Source of the DNA: Hormiphora californensis
Taxonomy: Eukaryota; Animalia; Ctenophora
Length of the DNA: 64,000 nucleotides
Assembly: GCA_020137815.1 (NCBI GenBank)
Contig: CM035356.1
Location: 6,944,001-7,008,000 of the forward strand
Direction: 5' to 3'
Position numbers and translations under genes: made by a program. The notes below the pieces were generated by a model. It saw only the letters and a program-made list of their open reading frames with translations. It ran no database searches and had not been told where the DNA came from. Each line of letters begins with the position of its first letter. Position 1 is the first letter of the stretch. Shown here piece by piece: positions 49,056 through 62,210 of the stretch.

Positions 49056-52000
49056 TCATTTTCTTGTTTTAGAGCTCTTTTGGCCGCTCTTGCCCTGGTC
49101 CTCCACAAGGCTAGGGTTCAATAATACCAGTTGCTCGTGCCAGAACTTTCCTCTTCCGTTATTCTGAAGAAATGTTATTAATGAATTACTTATTAATTAA
49201 TTATAGTGCTAATTAATTATATTGTTAACGAAGTTAACATTATGTCATGCATAAGGTAAATGTTTTTCTGGGCATATTGCGAAGAAATTGATTGGAAAGA
49301 TGCACATGCACGTGATCCATTATTAAGATTTCCTTCATTAGTGAATCACGAGTGTTGAATCACGAGTGTTGAATTGTACTTAATACTTACATGATCATGT
49401 TGTGTGAAATGATCGACTAAAAGTTGAACGGTGTCTTCCATTTCCCCCAATACAGATGAATCTTCTGGGGTTATCTGACTCCGAATCTTTAGCGATTCCT
49501 CTATCTTACTGTCAGCCTGGAACAGTTACCATGGTTACGGGAGGTGATGTCTGGTTGTTTGAAAAGTTTGAATAAATAAAACATGGCGCCCGCTGTGTCT
49601 TTGTGTCCGCTGTGTTACACTCTACAAATACTACAGACATTTTGGCACTTTCTATACCTTTTCGAACTCTCCAATCTTTATGTAAAACATTCCAATTTCT
49701 CTGTTTGCTGTCTCCCTTTCCACCAGGTTTGGTGACTCGTTGACAGCAGCAAACATTGCCTCCGCCTCACTTCTCCGGTTCAACGAACAGTAGATCTTCA
49801 CAAGATCCAGTGAAATAGCAGTGGACACGGATGCAGATATTTTGAGGGCATGCTTCAGGAGCTTAGCTACTTTTATCATCCCACTTTTTAACTCATCATC
49901 GCCATCAAACACAAATTGTTTTGGGTGTTTGCCGGATGTTTTTGAAGAGGGCTGCTTCAGACTCTTCTTCCTGGATTCCTGCGTGGGAAAAGGGGAAGGG
50001 CGTGGCTAGATTATTAGAGCTTCACATAATTACAGTACGGGGTCCCAGATTTTAGGTACTATAGCTGGGTTGTTAAGAAATATATTTCCATCAGTGAGAT
50101 TTCATGCGGTGTACGATATTTATATACTTATATATATATAAATAAATGAATATTCATGCGCCATCATCATTCTCATGCGTGTTTTACCATGTTAGTTAGC
50201 ATTCATTACATCACACAGTACTACAACCTTAGTGAAAGAGTCAATTGCAAGCATTTTTGAGATTCCTTATATAGTTCATGCGAGAATTCATGCGGTTCAC
50301 CAGACCCTACAGATCTCATAAGAATATAGTGAGAGCTCCTTCATAAAAACAGCTCGAATGATGGGAGGTAATTTATCTTACCGCCGCAGTCACAGCGCTC
50401 AGCAATGAGCCAAAAGCTGATTTCTTGGGCATTAGTTTAGACACAGCTCCCCCGAGAGAAAATGCAGATGGCATGCTGATCGTGTTTGTAGTAGGTTGTT
50501 CTGGTTCATCGTCCTGTGTGTGATACTGCTTGTAGCTAGTATGACGCGTTGCTAGGGAGTGAAGTGGTTGCTAGGGATGGTTACCATGGTAACTAACCTG
50601 ATCATCCTCCACGTCAACTACTGTTGTTCCTCCCCCGACAGATGTCACTGTGGTCATTTTCGAGGGTGCTCTAAACCTTTCCTGGTACCGAGTCTTCTCG
50701 TAGCTGTGAGGTAAAAACAAAGTTATTGTATCCATGGTATCCGCACATATATAATGGAATTTCAGAGTTATCTTTTTATTTCACTAAGCTTAGTAAAATA
50801 ACAGAGATTGGAGTGGCCAAGGGTAACTTGGATAACTCTGAAATTATTCACAATATACAATTCGAAAATATTCAAAAGTTACCTGAGGATTGCCAGAGCA
50901 TAAGAGTGGTAAATCACGGGTGATTCCCGGAGGTCGATTGCCTCCCTGAGTAAATTTAACCCCTCACGAGGTCCATCAAGTCTCCCCATTAGCCTCAATT
51001 CATCACCAAGTTGGTAAAGTGTATAAGCGTTCCCTTCTGAAAAACAACAAAAATCACCACCCTGAACGCAATTGCAGCTACACGTTGAAACAAAATAGTT
51101 TTAACAGTCCGTCATACACATTTTTATTTGGAATTTTCATTTGGAATTTTCATTTGAAAACCATCCACGCGCATGCACGTGCAAGCTTCAAACACAAGTT
51201 AGAACCATGGGACCTTCACTAAAGTGATCCTTGGATCAAAACAAATAAGTTGGTGAAGGTCCCGTACTTCTAACTTGTGTTTGAAGCTTGCACGTGCATG
51301 CGCGTGGATGGTTTTCAAATGAAAATTCCAAGTGAAAATTCCAAATGAAAATGTGTATGACGCCGCGTTATAAAAATGTTACATTTCCACTGCGAAATAA
51401 CTTTGCGCCAATGCACTACCGTGACACATTCGATACGATTCGAAATTTTCGATCTACACATTTTCTATCTTCAGTAACAAAGCACGGTGTTCAAGCTGTT
51501 GTTCTTACCACTATGCTGTAGTGCGAGTTCAATCATCTCTAGGCTCTCTGGAAGATAAGCCGTGTTCATCTTCCTAGACCTCTCATTCAGGCCCTTGCCA
51601 GAATTATCACTGCATGGACGTTATTCACAGCTGAAATGAATTTGTAATATCATTGTCCCCCATACCACGTTTTGGTTTAAACCCATCAAAATTTCTCAGG
51701 ATTAAAAAACAAATGAAACCCAGTTTATAACAATATTGTTTCCCACCTATACATAGTTCACATGATATTGCAATTGTAGGTTACAATTGGGAAAGGGCTA
51801 CTACAGAGAGGAGAGAGAGAGAGAGGAGAGAAAAAGAGGGATATTGGAAAAAAGGGAGACGAGATAGATACGAGAAGCTGAGAAGTCGACCTTATTAGAT
51901 ATAGACCACGTACAACTAATCGGATACTTTTCTCTCTCTCTCCTCTCTCTCTCCTCTCTCTCTCGCTCTCCTCCCTCCTCTCTACTCCGCTTTCAAGAGA

Positions 52001-52197
52001 TGGAGAGAAGAGCTAAACAACCCTTTTCTCTTTCGGATTGTCTTCATTATAATGCAAGTATGTTAATTAATATTATATATATGAAACCTTGAACGTCCCT
52101 TTTATTACATTTTACATTCCATAGTACTTTTAGTTACCCTTACCACGTTACCCCATACCTAACTTCATACACTTTTTTTTTTTATCTCTGTCTCTCT

Positions 52198-52282
<85 letters not shown>

Positions 52283-55052
52283 GTGTTACCATTACCTTTG
52301 TTATCCCTCGGTAAAGGTGACTCCCTCTCATCGCTTTCCCTCGCAAGATTTAACACGTTGTACTCAGATATGTATTTCTTAACAGAATTAATTGCCTCAT
52401 TCAAAGTCTCCAAATTGTTAGCCCTCCCTTGATGTTGACTCATCTTTAACAGTACTTCACCTGGGTTTAGAATAACAGTGATAGTGAATTGGGTTGCTGT
52501 GGTTCCTCATGAAACCCTGTGTTTTGTACTTCGTCCCTTCACAATTACATAGAATAACAGTGATTTGGGGGCTGTTAACCTCTCAATATTATAGGTTCAA
52601 TAGTAAATGTCTCCAGGAAGGAATTCTGTCGACAGGGGGCTTATCAGTTATCGGTCTCAAACTTTCAAAAACTTTCTACAGTTAGGCTCCCGCCTCATGC
52701 TTAGGCTCCCCGTTAGCATACCCATCACTTACTCTTCCCAAGATAACTGTCAAAGTTGAAAGGATCAGTTTTTAGGGCGCACTGGTAATAATGTAGGGCT
52801 GCACAACTCAGACCCAGTTTATTGTATGCCAGTGCAATCGTGTTCTGAGCCACAGACAGTGGAGTAGATCCAGGCAGGTGCTTTGGCCGGTTTTGTATCT
52901 AGTGAGGAAGTTGGATATTAGTTAACCCTTTGGTGATCCAGTACTTTGAATCCATTTAGCGTCATTTAGGGGCAATAGATCATTCATTAGGGTAGCGACT
53001 GGCTATTTGAAACAGTTTTTCACTTTTTTCCCTTGCCTGCCCACAAATCAAGTCGAACCCAAATTTTTTTGACCTTGTGTTACCGAGACAGTCCCTGGGT
53101 AGTTTTTGGGGTGGTTGGAGATGTCTCATTTTGGCTTCCGGGGCCAGGGTCACGTGATATCTATCCAAATTTGGTGTTTCAGTTAGCCCGCCTCGGTCTG
53201 CTAATTTGAAACACCCGTATCTCCCTCAATTTCTCCACGAAACCGAAATTTTTGACATGGAATAGTTAGAAAAGGGTTGTGCATGCAGCCATTCCATGTC
53301 TGAAATCTGAGTTTGGTTGCATGTGCTTGGTGCAGTTAATGTTTCCAAAAAGTGTTTCAAATAGCCAGGAAAACGGTTTTTGCCCAAAATTCGGCCAATT
53401 TTTGGCGGAAATGGCTTAAATCATAATTCATATCCTCCCTATGCTCAAAATGAACATCAAAAATTTCCGACAGCGGATTTGGAGAAAAGTGTTTCAAATA
53501 GCCCTCCTCAGTGTTTCAAATTACCAGAATCGCTTGCCCTGCAGATCATAACATATCGGAAACCACTGAACCCGACTAATTTCGATATGCTGAATCACGT
53601 AAGCAACTTTTCCAATCCGTCTGAGGCCGATTAAGTGCCCTAATTGAGTATAATTGGGTCAAATTGACCTTAATTGCTCAATTAAGGTACTTTCCCGACC
53701 TCTGAGGGATTGGAAAGGCTGCTTACGTGATTCAGCGTATCAAAATTAGTCGGATAAGTGCCCTCACATAAGTATAAATCATTTCCCGGTGAAAAGTTGT
53801 AAATGGGGTCATTACGACCCAATTATGCTTAATTAGAACACTTTTCCGATCTGAGACGGAGCCCAGAGGTTTAAAAAAGCTATTTATAATTATCATTTCC
53901 CGGTGAAAAGTTGTAAATGGGGTCATTAAGACCCAATTATGCTTAATTAGAACACTTTTCCGATCTGAGACGGAGCCCAGAGGTTTAAAAAAGCTATTTA
54001 TAATTATATTTAATTTTCTCAATTTTCATTTTTTGAAATAAAAAGGAAATCTTTGAATTTTTTATTTAAACACAAGGATTGTTTCTATTCCAGAATTTAA
54101 AATAACGGCATGTCTACCAACTGTTTGCTAGGCATCTCCCAAGACAAGCTACTACATACGCGGCACTGCGTTTCAAATAGACAGACCGTGCGTTTCAAAT
54201 AGTCAGACACTGTTTCACATTGGCAGGCGTTTCAAATAGCCAGTGGCTACCCTACTTAAGTAGTTACTATTTACTTACCTCTTTTAAACGGCGTATAAGC
54301 GGATAGCATTTGATAACTTCGTTAGTTTTTAGATAATTCATGGCTTTATTCACGTATGCCACTGTATCATCTGGATTTAGCTTCAAAGCAAGATCAAAAT
54401 ACCGGTCCGCTTTGCATCTCTTTTCAAGAGAGGCGTAGAAATAACCCATTAAGTTGTAGTAGGCTGCCCTACATCTGCATGGGATTATTGAACATTCCAT
54501 CGACAGAATATCCAGATGATCCTGAAATTAATTGAACCATAGAGGTTGTTTGCATCGATATACTATTACAATTAGTGAAATTAATTGAACCATAGAGGTT
54601 GTTTGTATGGATATTCTAATACAATTAGTGAAATTAATTAAACCATACAGGTTGTTTGCATCGATATACTAATACAATTAGTGTACAATCAATATTGATT
54701 AGCTAGTTAACTACTCCCCATCATATTAATTGTCTAATTATCTACTCACCCGTATATTTTGTTTGTTATAGCTGAAGTTCTGCGTAAAATGACACAGAAA
54801 CTGATTCAGATAGCTACTGATCTTGAATTGCGCGTCTGCAGTATCCAGCGTGTCCGCGCTTTTCACTGTTTTGGCTGTTTTCCTGAACTCAATATCAATT
54901 TTTGAAACTCTGGACAGTTCCCGTCCAAAGTCCAAATGGGATTTCGAGCGGCTGAACCCCGAGAAGGCATCTGTTGAGGATTCCGTTTTGAGGGAGTGGG
55001 CTGTTGTCAGCAAGGGTCGTGACGACCGGAGTGATAGGGCTTCTGTAGTCAT
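49056..55052 (-). CDS. TPR protein, IFIT/TTC22-like, about 11 exons, with an apparent 1-nt frameshift near 51592
   Basis: N-terminal LNQFLCHFTQNF. TPR-like segments YYNLMGYFYASLEKRCKADRYFDLALKLNPDDTVAYVN, LAYNKLG..ALHYYQCALKTDPFN, LNLLREAIDLRESPVIYH, LDLVKIY....EAEAMF. Stop at 49056. Confidence 0.8.
51110..51362. mobile_element. Palindromic MITE (about 110-bp arms)
   Basis: CGTCATACACATTT...GGGACCTTCAC is inverted at 51252-51362. Confidence 0.8.
52990..54252. mobile_element. Non-autonomous DNA transposon with TA flanks
   Basis: TA|GGGTAGCGACTGGCTATTTGAAAC ... GTTTCAAATAGCCAGTGGCTACCC|TA. Repeated GTTTCAAATAG motif and an internal tandem duplication of about 125 bp at 53768-54010. Confidence 0.8.
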
Positions 55053-55641
55053 GGTAATTATCTCATACTAAAGATCGGGTAACCATGGTAACTCAGCTGT
55101 TTTGAATTAATTGCAATACCTCAAGATCAAACAACAAATGGAAAGCTTCGAAAAGAGCTGTATGTTCGAGCTTTGAGAATATACACGGCCTCCATTATAG
55201 TCAAGCAAGAACTTTTATAAGAGAGAGATCAAACCATGCGAGCACACACATCTGTGGGCGCATCTGTGGGATTTATATGTACATTTTAAATTAACAAGGA
55301 TATAAATTAGAGATTTTAACAGTAGTCATCTTAGTTAGTATCCTGAATTTTAGTGTGCATAAAATGCAGTACGATAGAGGCCCGAAAGGAAATGACAAGT
55401 CAAGTGTGACATGACTCATGCTGCGGAGTAGTTGTGAAAGAAGGCGAAGAACAAATGGAGAGAGAGAGAGAGAGAGAGAGTGAGAGAGAGAGAGAGAGAG
55501 TGAGAGAGGGAGAGAGAGAGAGGAATTGGAGCTTTCTCTATCCCTCTCACTCTCCAAGCAAGCTGTCTCGTTATATTCGCACAGGCGACGTAAAAAAGAG
55601 GAGTACACATGCACAGCGGAGTGAAAAATAGTAAAGAAGAC

Positions 55642-55677
<36 letters not shown>

Positions 55678-55699
55678 AATAGAATGATAGACACAGAGA

Positions 55700-55754
<55 letters not shown>

Positions 55755-56146
55755 AGAAAGCGAGAGACCCTGATCAGTCATCACTGATGACTCATCACAT
55801 TTCTTCAAATGGAACTACCGAGGCATAGAACTATTAAGAAGCGATGAACAGATCAGAAACACATAATGAGCGGCACAACAACAATGTTCTCGTACTGGAT
55901 AAATCGTCCACAGCTAGGAGATCCTGTAAACAGAGCATGCCTAATGATATATAGGCCAGGGAAAAGAAATGTGAAACCCATATCTCCATAGCAACTGGAC
56001 AATATAAATTCTATAATTTCTCAAATGTGAGTGTGCTTGTGAAGTCCTCTGCAACAACTCATCAAGCGGAAAGTGCGAAATAACAGCTAGCCGGCAGCAT
56101 GCTAAACAGTTCTGTATGCAGTAAAAGATAAAGGGTATTATGTATG

Positions 56147-56210
<64 letters not shown>

Positions 56211-56711
56211 AAAACAAGAATAAGAATCAAACATTTTGGAGTAATAAAATTATACCCATACCTTAGCATCCAGATAATTAACTGAATGAATAGGACGGCA
56301 TCCTCATGGGTAGGGCGGTTTTGGTGTTTAGGGACTAGGGTAGTAAGGTTTGGTAGGGCGGGTAGGTAGCGTAGGTAGGGTGGGATGGGCGGGTGGGATG
56401 GGATTGGTGGGGTGGGTAGGGTGGGTAGGGCGGGTAGAGCGGGGTGGGTGGGGTGGGTGGGATTGGTGGGGTGGGTGGGGTGTAACTTTATTTCGAAATC
56501 CATGCCTCTGATTGGCTCGCACACCGAAAAATGTTTAAAAAAGAAGGGCCCAAACTTCCCAATAAAACTAAATCTGGTTGCCTTGGATTTTAACCGGGAA
56601 GACACTGAAAATAATATTATTCAGAACCACGTCTGTCAAATGATACGCGTACGCGTCTAAGTGAAAGAATGTTGAAAGGCGCCACCAAAAATCACGTGAC
56701 TATATTGTGCA

Positions 56712-56878
<167 letters not shown>

Positions 56879-57161
56879 CAGACAGTCTCTCGTTTCTTTA
56901 TGATCCTGAAATCAAGCAGGAAATGACAAGGCGACAGAATTTTCATTGTTTCCCTTCCTTTCCCCGGTCGTAGTCTGATACATTGAAACACACAACCCTA
57001 TGATACTTTTTAGTCCTCCATGATACTTTTTAGTCTTCGATGATACCCTTTACATTAAGTTCATTTAGCTGAGCAGTAGCGTTCTACCACCGTAGTTCCC
57101 GATCCCCAATTTCCAAAGGTGTATCATGTAAAATGAACGAACTCTAGTATAGCACCTGACC

Positions 57162-60100
57162 ATGGAAGGTGGGTGGACTGAAACTCCCCTTCATAATACC
57201 TACCAAACCAGGTACAGTTCTAGTTCGACCCCGGTCCCCGATTTACCAGTACAGTCGGACCCCGATTTAGTGGCACCCCGATTTAGTGGCACCCCGATTT
57301 AGTGGCAGGATATTTTTCCCCCGATATAGGAAATTAACATTATTTGACCCCGATTTAGTGGCACCGCGATTTAGTGGCAGGATTTTTTTCCCCCGAGGAT
57401 GCCACTAAATCGGGGTCCGACTGTAGTATAAATTCTCCCGATATATTTGACCCCGATATAATACTGGGTACCCCGATTTACCGGGTAAAACCATTTCCCC
57501 GGATCCCGGTAAATCGGGGTGCGACTGTAATTACTCCAGTTTATGATATGATGAATACATTTTTTTCATCGTTCTATCAATTCTTCAGTTCTAGAGCCCA
57601 TGAGTTACAACATTGCCAGTACCTGCAGGCTTCCAATGGGCAGCAGCAGCAGGTAATGATGATGCAAGGTAACCAGGTGATGATGCTTGGTAACCATGGT
57701 AACCATAATACAATGGCCCGGATTGTTGAGGAGGACATGGATCAACAGGAGGAGTTTGAAGATGAGGAGACAGACCTGGTGTCACCAACAGAAAAAGTAA
57801 TTAATGTTTTAATAATATTCATTATATATTAGTTTATTATAATTGAATAATATTCCAAATAATTTGAAACAATTACTCCTGTAGAAAGTAAGAAAAGATA
57901 AGTTGATTTATATAAACGTTTGTGGTTCTGTTTACATCACTCGTGAGAGTACTCTGGCCTACTTTCCTGAGACTCTGCTCGGTTCTTCAGAGCGGGAACA
58001 GTTCTTTCATCCCACTCTCGGCATGTACTACTTCAACAGGTGAGGTGTGTGTGTGTAGTGTTTATCAAGGTGGGTGGGGGTGGGTTGGTGGGGGTGGGGC
58101 GGTGGGTTCAGAGCGGGAACAGTTCTTTCATCCCACTCTCGGCATGTACTACTTCAACAGGTGAGGTTTTCATGTTATGTTCTAACCCTCCTTTCGAGGG
58201 GGTCGAGCTCTAGTATTCAAGGTTTTCTATGTTTGTATTTGTAGAATTCGGTTATCAGGAGTTCATAGGACCGTTAGGATATTCCAACCTACCTTCCAAC
58301 ATTGATTTGAAGAAACCTGTAACCATGGCATGGCAACCAATTTAGTTTTTGTTCTTTTTAGGAATAGATCCATGTTTGACGCGATCCTCTACTTTTATCA
58401 GTCAAAAGGAATGTTCAAACCACCTACAAACATTGACGAGGTATAAAAATAAAGTAAATGTTAGGCAGTGGCTTCGAGCAGGAACCGACCGAATCAGGAA
58501 ATACTGGTCCCAGATTGGCTGATAACCAGTCACGTGACCTAAATAACGAGTTCTGATTGGTTGTTTACTTGTTTCGGTCGGTTCCTGGCTTCGAGCATGA
58601 ATCTCTAAAAGTCCAGCTGGTTCAATTCCCGGTAAAACTCAGTATTTTTCAATTTTCTTCCCTGCTCAGATTTCATTACTGAATGAATTGACCGTGATTT
58701 AACAAAAATTATTTACTTTTTAGGACGTAGTAAATACGGAACTGGAGTTTTTTAAGATTTCAATGGAGAAGATATTTGTTGGGACGAATGAAGAACCAGT
58801 GGCTGCAGCTCCAACAACACTTAAACAAAGGGTACTGATCATAAACACTTTTTTCCCGTTGTATTTCCGATCCCGTTCCACAGCTATTTCATTTGATTTT
58901 AATAAAAGGAATGATATTCCCAATATATTTGTTTCAGATACGAGAGTTTGTGAACAACCCTCACTACTCATTTGGAGCGTGTGTTTGGGCAGTGGTGGAT
59001 ATCATATTTATCTGTATCTCCCTCACTCTCCTTGTCCTTGAAACCATCCCTGAAATTGGAATATACTTCTCAGATGATTCAGAACCTCTTTACGCCTTCT
59101 TTCTCATCTTGGATAGCATCGTAATAGCTTTCTTCAGGTAAAGTTACAGCTTGAGCCCTGCTTCCTGTGCAGTGTGTAATCCACACAGCTTGAAACAGGT
59201 TTCATTGACGGCTATTCTCTGAGATTTAAGGGAATAGCCGTAAATGAAGCCTGAGATCTCAGGTCTCAGTGGTAAATAGCCGTGAACCTGATATCAGCGG
59301 GTAAACTAAATATTTGATATTTTGTTACAGTGGGTAAACTAAATCTTTTATATATCTATTACAGTGTGGACCTATTCCTGCGCCTCGTCTCCTGGAAAAA
59401 CATGCTAAAGTTCCTATCTGTTCCAATGCACATTATGGATCTATTATCGATCCTCCCATTCTACATTGGGCTGATAGCGGACTTGATGTCTAAATCAACG
59501 CCTGACACTGATAAGCAGCACGGATACGTGGCTCTGAGAGTTTGTAGAACATTTCGGATAATCAGAATCTTTAAATTCGTCCGGCACTCAAAAGAGCTTA
59601 TCGTAGTGATGAAGGTTAGTTAATTATTAATTAATTAATTAATTAATGGTATGTATGTATGTAATTAGTCTCAATAATTATCTTTAGAAAATAACATTAT
59701 TTTAGATTCACCACCAATTTACCGGCCGAACGCTCGGGGAGAAGGGTTTTGCCCTGTGAGTTGGGGTTCCGGTAAATTGGGTCCTACTGTATTTCTATTC
59801 GGTGTTAAAATTTAGCGATCCCTATCTCATCTTCAGGTTATATCCGGGGCAGCTAAAGAGTTCCTGGTCCTTCTGCTGCTAATTCTTATCTTCGTCTTAT
59901 CTTGTGGAACGATCATGTATTATATAGAGTTTGACAGTTCAGATGACACTGTTTTCGTCTCCATTTTAGAGGTAGAACAACTATATTCGCACTGAAATTG
60001 GATCTTTTTTAGAGCCATTTTTTTTAAATTCGCACTTCCATTTAGAGGTAGAATATGACAACTATTGGCTTTGATTTCACATTCGATACCAATAACTCTA

Positions 60101-62110
60101 TAAAACTATTGTTTTCAGGGTTGTTGGTGGGCAGTGGTTACCATAACAACAGTAGGGTATGGAGATGTAGCGCCCAGGACTCATCTCGGCAGAATTTTTG
60201 GGAGTTTAGTGGTTGTCATGGGGATTGTTATCCTTGCCCTGCCGATGACAATCATTGTCAGCAAATTCTCTAGCTCGTAAGTTTCATTGGGGTAGTTTAT
60301 ACACTTGGGCAATTTTGCATTTGCGGGCATCGCACTATAGACGCAGTACCCACGTACTATAGACGCATTATAGACGCATTATAGACGCATTATAGACGCA
60401 GTATAGACACACGCAATATAGACGGACTTTCGTAAGCAGCAGTATAGACGCAGTATAGGCGCATTATAACAGCAATATAAACGCATTTTTATAGACGCGA
60501 CGCAGTATAGCCGCATTATAGGCGCACTACCCACCCCAAAATCACTTTATAGACGCACTATAGACGCATTATAGACTGACTATAGCAGCACCATAAACGC
60601 TACATAGACCCATATAAACGCATGATAGAAGCATTATAGACGCAAATCGCTTTTTATAGACGCCGCGTCTATAAAAAACGTGCTTTTTAAAGAAGCACTA
60701 TAGACGTACTCCAGGCTACAGTGCGATATTTGAGGCGCAGTTGGGCGTTTTATAAACGCATTTTTGTCGCATATAAAAGGAAGCAGTATAGACGCATTAT
60801 AGACGCATGTGTGCGAAATCGATAAAGACGCAATATAGACGCAAAATAAAAAGGAGAGGGAGAGAGAGGGAGGGAGGGAAGGAGAGGGAAAGAGAGGGAG
60901 GGAGGGAAGGAGAGGGAAAGAGAGGGATGGACTGACTGAGGGATACAATTACAGGGATCACAGAAACAGAGATAGACGGATAAAGACCTGAGACAGAAGG
61001 ACAGAGTAAGATGGAAAGAGAGTGATATAGGGACGGAGTGAGACAGAAAAAGACAGAGATGGAAACAAACGGACAGAGACAGACGGACGGAAAAAAACGC
61101 GCTTACTTATATCTCCCTCTCTGTCTCACTCTCTCTCTCCATCTTACTATACTCTGTCCGTCTGTCTCAGATCTGTTTCCATCTGTCTCTGTCTGATCTG
61201 TCTCTGTATCCCTCCCTCTTTCCCTCTCCTTCCCTCTCCCTCCCTCTCCCTCCCTCTCCCTCCCTCCCTCCCTCTAGTCTCTCTCCCTCTCCTTCTTATT
61301 TTGCATCTATATTGCGTCTTTATCGATTTCGCACACATGCGGCTATAATGCGTCTATAATGCGTCTATACTGCTTCCTTTTATATGCGACAAAAATGCGT
61401 TTATAGTTCGCCCAACTGCGCCTCAAATATCGCAGCGTGCGTCTGAGTACGTTTATAGCGCTTCTTAAAAAAGCACGTTTTTTATAGACGCGGCGTCTAT
61501 AAAAAGCGATTTGCGTCTATAATGCTTCGATCATGCGTCTATATGGGTCTATGTAGCGTTTATGGTGCTGCTATAGTCAGTCTATAATGCGTCTATAGTG
61601 CGTCTATAAAGTGATTTTGGGGTGGGTAGTGCGCCTATAATGCGGCTATAATGTGTCGCGTCTATAAAAATGCGTTTATATTGCTGTTATAATGCGCCTA
61701 TACTGCGTCTATACTGCTGCTTACGAAAGTCCGTCTATATTGCGTGTGTCTATACTGCGTCTATAATGCGTCTATAATGCGTCTATAATGCGTCTATAGT
61801 ACGTGGGTACTGCGTCTATAGTGCGATGCCCGCAAATGCAAAATTGCCATACACTTGTATATTACTTATTTTTGAAATTAGTAAATTGTATCCTAATGAT
61901 TATCCTGTTAATTATCTTGCTATGTAATTGTAAAAGATATAACATCCAATGTTTACAGGTACGATGAAGAAAAGAGGGCAATGGAGAAGGAGATGTTGGA
62001 GAAAATGAGGAAATCTCGTGACGAGGATGATGTTGTCTGGGAGGAAGAGTTGTATCCCTCCCCAGCTGATCCATGCACTCCCCTCTCTCCTCCTTGGAAT
62101 ACGAGGGAGG
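57162..62110 (+). CDS. Voltage-gated K+ channel, Shaker superfamily (T1 + S1-S6), C-terminus runs into an assembly gap
   Basis: Exons begin at 57162, 57589, 57885, 58362, 58724, 58938, 59364, 59837, 60119, 61959. T1 INVCGSVY..FPETLLGSS..YFNRNRSMFDAILYFYQS, S4 LRVCRTFRIIRIFKFVRHS, pore WWAVVTITTVGYGD, S6 LALPMTIIVSKF. Confidence 0.95.
57252..57423. mobile_element. 172-bp pogo-like MITE nested inside an older related MITE (about 57222-57527)
   Basis: TA|CAGTCGGACCCCGATTTAGTGGC ... GGGGTCCGACTG|TA. The host copy ends GGTAAATCGGGGTGCGACTG|TA. Confidence 0.88.
58479..58587. mobile_element. 109-bp hAT-type MITE with an 8-bp TSD
   Basis: TIR CAGGAACCGACCGAA / TTCGGTCGGTTCCTG with perfect TSD GCTTCGAG. 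A fragment of the same family lies at about 19208-19234. Confidence 0.92.
60308..61848. mobile_element. Foldback/Mutator-like element with very long modular TIRs and a 9-bp TSD
   Basis: ATACACTTG|GGCAATTTTGCATTTGCGGG ... CCCGCAAATGCAAAATTGCC|ATACACTTG. Arms of more than 550 bp are built from TATAGACGCA units. Confidence 0.92.
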
Positions 62111-62210
62111 NNNNNNNNNNNNNNNNNNNNNNNNNNNNNNNNNNNNNNNNNNNNNNNNNNNNNNNNNNNNNNNNNNNNNNNNNNNNNNNNNNNNNNNNNN
62201 NNNNNNNNNN
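62111..62210. other. Assembly gap
   Basis: 100 N. Confidence 1.

Noticed and set aside
50571-50597. Apparent 27-nt micro-intron in the TPR gene
   Set aside because: In-frame alternative acceptors (AAGCAG, ACACAG) give normal 70-85-nt introns. It cannot be decided without transcripts.
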